The notes under the pieces are model-generated. The model did no database searches. It had not been told where the DNA came from and worked only from the letters and a program-made list of their open reading frames with translations. The position numbers and the translations under genes were made by a program. From the NCBI GenBank assembly GCA_000934665.2, contig KZ538176.1:186001-250000 (forward strand): a DNA stretch of 64,000 nt, read 5' to 3'. Below are positions 13,601 to 25,600 of this stretch, piece by piece (position 1 is the first letter of the stretch; each line of letters begins with the position of its first letter). The stretch comes from Catajapyx aquilonaris. Its lineage: Eukaryota.

Positions 13601-16600
13601 AGTCTGCCGAACGGTTCTTCCCATTTTCACACCTGAGTTCTAATTGCATTATGAAGGTAAAGGTCGGCGGGAACACTTATAATAGTTCTTGGGGTGCTAA
13701 ATTGACTATTATTACTGCTCTCACTATAATTATCACACTCTCACAGTGCATAGCTTCCTCGTATAGTATGGCGCATACCCGGATCATATACGGAGAAAAT
13801 GTCCTTGGAGACAAATTGTGTGTAAGCCACTTCGAGCGTTGAAGTCACCACGCATTATACCCCTAAGAGTGGTACCCCCCGTCAACAACCCCCCCCCCCC
13901 TTCCCCCCAATGTTCTGATGATTACGTTGGACAGACAGGATGAGAAAATATGACGTCACTCTCATGACATCATGACGGTGCACGGACACATCGGGTCAAG
14001 GTAGACCCTCGAAAGCTTTGTTATCCACTAGAGAGGCTTCACGGTCGTCTCAGAAGGCCTGTTTAATTTGCTGCTAATCGTCCTCTGTTTTGAAAATTAA
14101 GAGGAAAAAACCTTCGACCATTAAAAAAAAAAGGCTTGTTCATTCACCACAGTGCTGTTCACACCACTAATTGCGCTCGACATTTTCCCCCAATCAAACT
14201 ACAACTAATGATCACCTCTTTGCACATACCGCTATTTCTTTCACAAACTCAGGCCAAGATCACGACATAATCAGGAAGACTCGTCTATAAATAACTCTTC
14301 AGACACAACACACTGTAAGATATTCGCCATCTATCCAACCCACCCCCACCTGCTGCTGCATCCTTTTTGAGCGCGACTCAAGGCGAACCAGTCCTGCGCC
14401 CCAGGTAGCACCCCATCAGGTGATTCCCAACTTGATTTCACCTTCATCCAACCACCGCTAATGTCATTGCCAAGGAACGCGGGTACCTTTTCTGCAGCAC
14501 CCCCATGCATATTAAAAGGGCACCGAGGAAGAAATAAGTTGGCCAATTAGGTACCGATTGAGCGTGTAAGGCAACGGGCAATTAATCAAACCGTGGACCG
14601 TGACCTTCCAGGCACGATTCGGGTTAAAAACTGTGCATCATTCTCTATTACTAAGGAAAAAGGGTCGTAGGTCAATGATACTCTATCCTTGGAGGGGGTG
14701 TGTCATATGTGTATGGAGTCTTTAAATGCATTTTTTTTTTGATCACATTTGAACCAATCCAGAATAGTGCCAAGGGGAAGGTTGCTCCAAGTTGAAGGCC
14801 CCCGAAAATAATATGAAAAACTGATTACCATTTTAGCTGGGAGCAATAAAAACTTGTTGTGGAGGATATTGCAGTTAAAATACCAAAACAAAAAAATGGG
14901 GGGGCTGGCTTGATTTTATTATTCACAACCTGACTGACGGCGCTGGCTAATTTGATTATTCGCACCTTTTTTTTGCGACATTTCTTTCCGTATAAAATTT
15001 TCTGACTTCCTCAGGCGACTGGAATGAATAATCGAGGTGTAGAAGGCCGTCCCAGTCCTGTTGGGTGCAATAAACGTCCTTTACGTGACGCATGCGATAT
15101 AAAACTAGTTTCTTCGCAAATACCTTTCACTCTTCTCAGGGTGCTCCCAGCAGCATCCAGTTACTAGGTTCAATAACTGCACAAAACGCGACTTTATTTT
15201 CTGCCGGTGCTTCAAGGGGTTAATGATTCCATCTATAAGCTTGATAATTGATCATCTGTCAATCTGATTGGCGCCCGTTGTAGAGTGATGATTAGAATGA
15301 TGAGAGAAGGGCGTGAAAAGTATGCGTACAGAGCGACGAACTTGTTCCTCCGGAGCGCAATAGAGGACAATGGTGTTATTGTGTGATTGGTTCGATGGCG
15401 GGCCATGAATTGTTTCAACAATTAAAAGTTTTGCTTCTTTCCTTTGCAGCCCCTTGGGGAGACGACGACCATCATCATGACGAAGGAGGTAAGATTGCAC
15501 CTCTCTTTTTTTTTCTTCAAACAATGAATATAACAAACGTCACCGCAACCATGAATAAACATAGGCGTGTGAACGACCTCTGGTAAGGAAATGATTTGTG
15601 AAGCCGCGACCATAATATGAGCTGGCTGGCGATGGAGACAGCCGTCCAGCTAATGACGCCATTGTCTCCTCGGCTTGCCTTGGAGGAACGTCCTTTCTCA
15701 GGACACCTCGCGGATCTTCCCAAATGATGGGGTCCTTTATGGACCCCCGAGTCACTCACTCCATCACAGGATGATGTTTAAAAATAAAATTAAGAAATAT
15801 TGCCACCAACTCATTGCACATTTTTTTCACAAAAGTTTTAACATTTTGCTCACACCTAGAGGTGGGGTTGTGACTGGCTGTGTAATGGTCCCGGCGACGT
15901 TTTTATGTACCTGCTTGTTGACCACATAGTTGTACAAATCGCACAAAATTATCCAGCTGTGCAGTGAGCAGGTAAATAACTTATTCCTGGCGATGACCAA
16001 AACGCAGTCAACGCACCCTGCTATTTTTAAACTCTCCGTACCTTATTTACTCGTGAATCACTACACGCTTCGACCATGAGCTCACCACCCAGTATTTGTA
16101 AATTGTTTAAACTCTTCTTCTGCTAGACTGCTTCTACATGATGCAACATTACCACAACCGGGACCAGATCATCACGAGCGAGCCATGCCTGAACTGTACC
16201 TGCGTGGACGGCATGCTCATGTGCTTCCTCAAAGTATGTCCCTACATCAAGAAATGGGGTCAGGACTGCATAGTGGAGAAGAAACCTGACCAATGCTGCC
16301 CGACCATTGTCTGTCCAGACAGTAAGTAGACAACAACTGTCACGTTCGAATATTCGGAATATTTTGGCGCTCGCATTAATCGGGTCATCTTTTTTGGATA
16401 TTAATGGCCTGTCCCGTTGGAGGTACCGGCAACTTTGTTTCAGGTGCAAGGCGGTGAACCGTCCTTTAAATAACGCGGAACTATATCTAATTAATATGCC
16501 GTAACGGGCCTAATGAGCTGATGGCGGGAGGCCACGCCCCGGAGCAGGTGTTGGGCCAATAGAAAAGTCTTAATCAGGCAGGTAATATGTGTCGCACCTA

Positions 16601-19600
16601 CGCAGTCATCAACCCGGAAGACCAATCGCAGTTCCTATATTACTTTCAAATTGAACGGATGCAATAGTTCCGGTGAAAGAATCTTTAAAAAGTAGAACAG
16701 GTTTGAATAGAACATTTGCGAACGGATGTCCGTTTTTTTGTGCAAAATTAATTCCAAGGACGGTCTAGTGGTCAGCGGTCCATAAATATGAAAATTGTTT
16801 TCTCACTCCAAAAAGGAATTCGCTTTGTTTAAAAAAAAAACCCGACTGACAGATATGGAGAAAAAACAGCCATCAGAATAATGGTTTTGAGCGTAGTATA
16901 ATTAGCCTGCCTTTTCTCACGTTGAACTTCTGAGGAACAAAGAAAGGAAGTGATGACTCGTCATCCTCTTAAATCCAAGTCTGATGGTTGACCCGCGCAG
17001 GTCACATTACGAGCTGTCCATATACACTGATATACAGGTGACGTCACTTCTCGGCGCTGACCTACTCCACAGCGGGGGCATCTTGATCGTACCGTAATTA
17101 ACCCGCCCATTGTTCCCTCGTTTCAACACAGTGGGTTGTTGTCCAAAGTGTTGTCAGCTTTTCTTATTAGGCACCGCAGGAGGATTTCGCAGGTGGTCCT
17201 TCTCGTCGGCACAATAATTGTGCTGCAACAACGGGCTAGTGACACATTCCCAGAAGAACTTTAAAAATCGTGTCTCACGATGCTGCCGTGTCCCATGGTG
17301 TGCCTTACTATAGAGTTGCCAAATTATGAGAAGGTACACAGACAAGTACTGTTACCCACCGGTATAATTATTTGGCCCGACACAGTTGTATTTAAATCTA
17401 ATTCTTGTAATGCTATTCTAATGCAAATTGGGTTGGATAGGGTGTGATATGGTATTTTTTGTATCAGTTCCGGTACAGTTGGTGACGATGCGTCCTATGC
17501 CAATGCCATCACCGCCGCCACCCCCGACCCCGACAGCCTTGGCGTTCCCAGACGAGCACGGATGCACCATAGAAGAGAAATATTACGCCGACGGTGCACA
17601 GGTACACTCTTATTTCTGTTTTTGTATCCTCACGAGTTGTGGCCGAGCTGTACCGGGTGCAAGGACCTCACCCCTCTGCCTCCTTGCAGGTTCCTTCTGA
17701 CCCAAAGAAGCCCTGCGAACTGTGCTACTGCATCCGCAACCACACGTCTTGCCTTATGCAAGAGTGTGTGCTTCACGTGGATGGCTGCCGACCTCTCTTT
17801 GTGGAAGGGATCTGCTGCCCTGTTCGCTACGACTGCGGTAAGAAGCCCTGCCCCGTTATTATGTCCCCACCACACTTTTTCATCCTGAGCCATTATGGAA
17901 CCTATGTGCCTCTCTTGCGCGGCGGAACCGCATAGCTGCCAGGATATATAAGCCCCGGCCTTGTAGAACGCTGCTCCAATAATATTCGTCCTAATAATTA
18001 TTATTACAGATCGTAATGACACGGAGGTGGATTTAACAACGGCCGCACCTACGACGACCACCACGACAACCACGGAGCAGACTGTTCCTCCTCGAGGCTG
18101 CACTGTTGATGGAGAGTTCTTCGCAGATGGTTCTTCACTTAGGAACGATGAGAGCAGACCGTGCGAGCACTGCTATTGCCTGCATGGTGAGATCATGTGT
18201 GGCGTGCAGGAGTGCATGACTCCACTAGAGGTTGACGAGGGTTGCTATCCCGAAGAGCTCAAGCCTGGACAATGCTGCCCGGAGTACAACTGTCCTGGTA
18301 AGGAAGGGAATGTGAAGATGTAATACGTGGTTCTAACATGGGTTTTCTGGCAGATGTGACGCCGACGGTGTCAGCTTTGGAAACGTCTAAAGCTCAGGTG
18401 GAACTTACGTCTCCGATGACACCTCTTCCGAGCGAAACTTCTGACGTCACTCCAGCGGTCACCAAAGAAGGTAGACAGTAGGCCACTGGCACACCCAATG
18501 AGAAAGTTTTGTAGTAGAATTCGTAGTAGAGATTGAGTGCTTGTCACGTTGTTGTACCTACTTCTTGACCTGTCTTTGAGTATCTTCTTGTTGTGACTGT
18601 CCCCTCCTTATGAGTCAACTGTTGAAGAGAGAACTTCGTAGTTCGTACATATCAGACGCAGATGGACCTACAGTATATTCCACGGAATGTGGAATTCTTT
18701 ACGTGCTTATTTTTTACAACCGACTGGTTATCTCCACTATTTCAGATACAACGACCAGGAGGAGAGGAAAAGTTTATGATGGCGATGGTAAATGTTGTTA
18801 CAAACAAACAAGTCTATTATTTGCTACCTTCTCTTTTCTGTATTTCCGAACTCTTCATTCACCTTTGGTGTTGGTTTTCATTTTATCACGGAGGGTGCTG
18901 GTATGTTATCTTGCATTACACATTCAAAGCAAAATACATGTTCACTGCTGTTATTTTAAAACTCGATTTGATCCCTATAATATTAGTCTATTAACTCTGC
19001 TTCACATGCATTGAAGAAATTGAATCGTAACTAACAGAGCAATAACTGATTCACAAGACTAGTAGTCACAACTACAAGCACGCAAAATCTTTACAACGAG
19101 GTCGAACTAATTTCAGGGACTACTGTGCCAACATCAGAAGTGACCAAGGAAGACGCTACGTCTCCTGCTCCAGTGTTCACTGACCTAACATCCGGAAAGC
19201 CAGAAACACCTTCATATGTGACAGAGCCAGAGGACACCAAAGCAGAAGCTACAACAGAGGGCGCTGAACCTGGGGCTCCTGAAGATGTCAAGGGGACTTC
19301 AACATTGAGGCCTGATGAACCTGAAGTACCACAAGAAGTAACCACTGCAAAGGTTGAACAGCCTGAAGACAAATATGCCACCACAGAGGGTCCTGCTGTC
19401 TCGGAAGAACCCAAGGAACCCACTCTCCCGGAAGGCGTAACAGAACAAGTGCCAAAAATAACCGAAGAACCCAAACAGCCAAGCATCCCAGAGGACCACA
19501 CAGAAGTCGCAACAGAACAAATTCCAAAGGTTACCGAAGCACCACCTACGGAAGGTGAACCAGGAGAAGACACCAAAATTCCAGAAGTGACTGAGCGTCC

Positions 19601-22600
19601 TGAGGAGCCAGTACTTACCGAAAGAATTGACGTATCAAGTGCCACAGAATCACCCGAGGACGTGGACGTCACTGGTGAAACGGACAAGCCCAAAATTACC
19701 GAAGAACCGTCAGTTACAAAACAACCGACAGAGGGCGTGGTGCCTCCTGAGGTGACAACTGCCTACCCTCCTGAGACCGACCTGACGAGCAAGAGCCCAT
19801 CCACCAAGATCCCGTCACAAGAGGAAAGCAGTCCAGTACCTGAAGATAAATACTCGGAGAGCCCAAGCACTGATGCCACTTTGCCCGACGTGTCTGAAGC
19901 CGACACCAGGCCAGTTACAGATGCAACTCCAAAGTATCCCAGTACTTCCGGTCGTCCTGGAGAAGGCACTGATGAAACTGAAGCCACAGGCCTAACCGCA
20001 GGTCCAGGTGTCCAGGAACCATCAACACCTGAGCCTTCTGATGATAGGACGTCTCCAGCGACACATCCAACCCCCAGGCCACCAGTGTCTGAGAGCACCG
20101 TGCCTTCTAGCACTGGCACTGCAGTAGAGGAGGAAATAAGCAAAGTCACAGACGAGCCTGATCTAGGCATTTCCGATACCACCTCTGCCACGCAAATTGA
20201 TGAGCGAATTTCTGAAGGCCCGACAATAATTCCTGGAGTTACGAGTGAGACCCCAGGATTCCAGACAAGCCCATCATCATCCGCGGCACCACCAAGGACG
20301 GAAGAACCTGGAACTGCTGAAACTGAAAAAGTAACCGATGCTCCACCAGAAAGAGTAACCGATGTTCCACCTGAAGAAGTGACAGATGGGCCACCAGAAA
20401 AGGTAACTGATGGGCCACCAGAAAAGGTAACCGATGCTCCACCAGAAAGAGTAACCGATGTTCCACCTGAAGAAGTGACAGATGGGCCACCAGAAAAGGT
20501 AACCGATGTGCCGCCAGAGAGAGTGACTGATATGCCACCAGAGGCAGTAACTGATGGGCCACCGTCAAGAGTAACCGAAATCCCTCCCATTGGAACGGAC
20601 GAATCAAGCGTTCCTTCGGCAACAGAAACGGAACCCCACAGGGAAACTACACCTTCTCATAAACCATCGACACCTGAAGAGGGCACGGAACCTGAGGGCA
20701 AGGTGACAGATTTGCCTGCATTGAGTTCAAGCGAGGCACCCATAGACCACACGACGATTTCTCCTGCTTCATCTCCTGGACAACCCGAAAAAGAAGCTAC
20801 AAGCTCCCCTGGCAGCACCGACACCACAATTATCCATGTAGTGACCCCTGCACCTGGTGCTACTACTCTGGAAGCAGAGGATCACAGAATTGATACGGAA
20901 CCAACAGACAAAATTGATAAGACGACTGCCCCCGGAGAGGAAGTCACCTCCAAGAGGCCTGCCGAGGTTTACACATACGAAACCTCTGCAGTGTCCAGCG
21001 GTGATACGGAAGTTACGAAGATTGTCTCGCCAGAACCAACTGAATCATCGGGTACGGAGAAAATTGAAGTGGTCACGTCAATACCTGTTGTCACAGGCAC
21101 TAAGGAAACGGATGTACCTGAAGAAGCGAAAACAGATAAGGTGACCGACGGACTTGAAAAAGCGACCACCGCTACTCCCGTCTCCAGACCAGAACTGACC
21201 TCCCAACCTACAAGCCCACACGTGGACGAGGGAACAGGTGATTACGAAATCACGACGAGACCACCAGTGCCTCACGTCACTGACCTCCCTGGATTTGGTA
21301 CCACTACTCCCTTCTCGGCTTCTCCTTCCACCCTGGAAGAAGTGACGCCATCCAGTCATCCCACGGACAAGGAACCAACAGCAGCTCACACGGAGACTCC
21401 TGGAACGGGTATAACAGACACTCAGAAGCCGACAAAACGTCCCGATGTCACTCAACCAGAGGAGGAACTTACAGGTATAAAAAAACAGCGTCATATGTTT
21501 TTAGAGGTGATATAGTAAAACTTAATCCGTGATTTATAACGATTCAATCTACTTGCAGATGTTACGAAAGTGGAGGTATTTACTACTGCACCGCTAACAT
21601 CAAAGACACCTGGCTTTGAAGAGAAAATCGACACGATAGTTCCAGAAACTACAGTGAAGCCTGCGACTCCTGCAGTGAGTCCACACACTGAATTCCCTCC
21701 GTTCCCGGATCAGAAGACTGAGGAGGTTCCCACCGACGAGGGCTCCCCTCCCCCAGCAGTTCCTGGCGAAGGTATGCAACTGACAAGCATGGTCCTAAAT
21801 TGACAATCATCATTAGCTTATTAATTTATTAAGGACATCTTTTACACCTGAATTTTATTTGCTCACTGCAGGTAGTTGCCTGGTGGACACCGTAACCTAC
21901 AACAATGGATCCCGCATACCACCGTCTACTCCCTGCCAGATTACCTGCCAGTGCATGAACAGCATTGTTCACTGCCTTCTTGTGCATTGCCCTCCACCTC
22001 CAGATGATCTTCAACACTGCAGGCCATACTTTATCCCCGGAAGATGTTGTCCATCTTACGATTGCAGTAAGCCCATTGACTGTTATCTAAAAATCTACAC
22101 TAACACTGGCCAAACGATAACTAATGTGATCATCTCTTTGCAGTGGGTGTTACTGTCTCGCCACCAGAAAGTGAGAGCCTGTTCACGACACCTGTGATAG
22201 AGAAGATCGATAACGGCACTTCAGAATCAGGCGTCCTGACAACGACAAAACACGATCTTGCTTCAACTACGCAACATCCAGTACAGCCAGGTCTTACAAC
22301 CACGGAAAAGCCCGATGATAAGTTCACCATGGAGATCATCACCTCTTCGCCCGTGATCAAGTCAACATCGGGAACGGAAGTTACGGTAGAAGAAACAAGT
22401 GAGGACAAAGTTTCGGTGGTGACGCCGTCGTCAGAGACATCACACACACCAAGTGATGAGAAGCCATCTGCTACGACTTTGGCACCAAGTGGCACCGAAC
22501 CTAGACTGAATGAGACAGGCCCCACCATGCCTTCCGATGCCACCGAAACCCCAAAAATCCCTGGCATCACGGAAACAGAACAGGTCAAAGATCACACAAC

Positions 22601-25600
22601 TAAAGCAACAACCATCAAAGAAGATCACGTTCCTGTGACGGATGCCACAGTCCCAGAAGAGGATGAATTAACAAAAGCTACTACTCCAAGCAAGGAGACG
22701 GATGTGACCGGAGCAAGACCAGAAGATAAGGAACCAACCAAACCAGACGACAAGGAGCATGCGACTGAGCCAACAAAGCCAGATGAAGAAAAGGACCGTG
22801 AGACGGAACCAACCAGACCAGGAGAGGATCACGTGACAGAAGCTACAAAACCAGGCGACAAAGAACATGCCACTGAGCCAACAGTACCAGGCGAAGAAAA
22901 AGAGCCTGTCACTGAACCAACCAAATCGGACGAGAAAGAACCGACTACCAAACCAGAGGACGAGAAGGAAGTTGCCACAGAACCTACCAAAGTAGAGGAA
23001 GAAAAGGTGACAGAGCCAACTAAGCCGGAAGAGAAGGAACCCGTCACTGAGCCAACCAAACCAGAGGAAGAGAAGGAGCCCGCCACGGAACCAACTAGAC
23101 CAGAGGAAGAGAAGGAGCCTGCCACAGAACCAACTAGACCGGACGAAGTAAAGGAGCCCGCCACTGAACCCACCAAGCCAGATGACGAGAAGGAGCATGT
23201 TACAGAACCAACCAGGCCAGAGGAAGAAAAGGAGCCTGCCACAGAACCAACCAGACCGGAAGAAGTAAAGGAGCCCGCCACTGAACCCACCAAGCCAGAT
23301 GACGAGAAGGAGCATGTTACAGAACCAACCAGGCCAGAAGAAGTGAAGGAACCTTCCACTGAGCCAACCAGACCAGAGGAAGTAAAGGAACCTTCCACTG
23401 AACCGACCAGGCCAGAAGATGAGAAAGAACCCGTCACAGAACCGACCAAAACAGAGGCAGAAAAGGTGACAGAGCCAACTAAACCGGAAGACGAGAAGGA
23501 ACCCGTCACCGAGCCAACCAAACCAGATGAAGAGAAGGAACACGTGACAGAGCCAACTCAACCAGAAGAAGTGAAGGGACCTTCTACGGAACCAACTACG
23601 CCGGAAGATGAGAAAGAGCACGGGACGGAGTCTACGAAACCCGACGAAGAAAAGGAACACGTCACAGAGCCAACAAAGCTGGATGAGGAGAAGGAACCTG
23701 CCACTGAACCGACCAGACCAGAGGAAGAAAAGGAGCCTGCCACAGAACCAACCAGACCGGAAGAAATAAAGGAGCCCGCCACTGAACCCACCAGGCCAGA
23801 AGAAGTGAAGGAACCTTCCACTGAGCCAACCAGACCAGACGATGAGAAGGAACCCGTCACAGAGCCAACAAAGCTTGATGAAGAGAAGGAACCTGCCACT
23901 GAACCGACCCGACCAGATGATGAGAAGGAGCATACTACGGAGCCAACTATACCAGATGACGAGAAGGAACACGTCACCGAACCAACCAGGCCAGAAGACG
24001 TGAAGGAACCTTCCACAGAGCCAACGAGGCCAGATGAAGAGAAAGAGAAAGCTACTGAGTCTACTCGGCCCGAGGAAGAGAAAGAACACGCCACAGAACC
24101 AACAAAGCCGGAGGATGATAAGGATCATGTCACAGAACCAACCAGGCCAGAGGATGTGAAGGAACTGTCCACAGAGCCATCCATTCCAGAAGTGAAGGAA
24201 CCTTCCACAGAGCCAACTAAGTCGGACGAGGAACCCATCACCGAGCAGACAAGGCCAACGGAAGAAAAGGAAGACGTAACTGAACCAACCAGGCCTGAGA
24301 AAGAGCAAGAAGCCTCCACAGAACCAACAAGACCAGACACAGAGAAGGAACCCAGTACAGGGGCGACCAAACCAGACGAAGATAAGGAGCACGTAACGGA
24401 ACCAACTCGACCAGAGAAGGAACCCATTACGGAGCAAACTAGACCTGAAGACGAAAAAGAACACGTGACGGAGCCAACTAAGCCAGAAGAAGATACGGAG
24501 CGTGTCACAAAACCAACTTCTCCAGAGGAAGGACCGGAACCAGTGACGGAACCAGGCCAGCCTGCGCCTACAAAAGAAGACGGAGCAACAGAGCCAACAA
24601 TTCCTGAGGATGAAAAGCATGCCACGACTGCTCCAGACACTGCGGATAGTACGACTAAAGGCCCAGAAACATCCGGTGTTACCAAGCCCAAAGATCAGGA
24701 ATACCCTCTTCAAACGACGGAAGTGGAACCAGGTGTAACGGAGGGTTCAGTTGCACCAGAAGACAAAGTTGTTACTGAAAAGCCTGAATACACTGAAGCG
24801 ACCTCGCAGGCACCAATTGATAAAGTGTCGGATAGATTTGACACACCTGAAGGAACTTCTTCCACCAGCCAAGTTACAGGAGGAGTTGCAGTAACAGAAG
24901 TTACGGAGCCAAGAGAGCCAGTATCCTCCGAGGGTACGGAAGTACCAGAGAAAGAAACAGAGCCTGTCACCGAGACTTCTGCTCATCCTGTAACCAAAGC
25001 ACCTGAAGTGCCATCGGAAATAGTGACTGAGGATGGAGACAAAGAGAAGTTCACATTGCCGGATGATCAAGTGACGGAACCTACAAGAGAGGATGACAGG
25101 CACACAACAAAAGCAACAATTCCTGATGATGAAAAGGAGCCTGTTACAGAACCAGCGAAACCAGGAGAGCCTGTTACCAGTCCAACTGTGCCAGAAAAAG
25201 AGGATGATCGCGTTACATCACCTGAGACACCGGAAGATCAGGTGTCTACAAAGACGACTCCTGAGGATGGTAAAGAGCATGTGACGGAACCTACAAAATC
25301 AGAGGTAGAGCAAGCAACAACCGCAACCGTTCCGGAACGAGAGAAGGAGCCAGAACAAACAGTAACTGATGTAGAAGGACTTGTTACTAAGACAACAATA
25401 CCTGAAGAAGAAAAGGAACATGCGACTTCCTCATCTGTTGAGGATCAATATCCGACTACTGCAGGCCCAGACACGTCAGATGTAACAAAAACCAAAGAAC
25501 CGGAATATTCGGTATCCCCAACTGAAGGCCAGGCAACAGTCCCTGAAGAGGTGACAGACAGAATAAAGACTGAAGAACCAGGTTACTCTTCACCATCTAC

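Noticed and set aside
4318..16704. Grainy head-like sites (ACCGGTTT 4318, AACAGGTTT 5039 and 16696, AACCGGTT 10798) in tenectin introns
   Set aside because: Plausible for a matrix gene, but the count is not clearly above chance for a degenerate 8-mer over this length.
22668..24713. 681-aa antisense ORF rich in Phe/Trp/Leu
   Set aside because: It is codon-aligned with the sense frame. Antisense stops need sense TTA/CTA/TCA codons, which the Leu/Ser-poor repeat lacks, so it is a shadow ORF.
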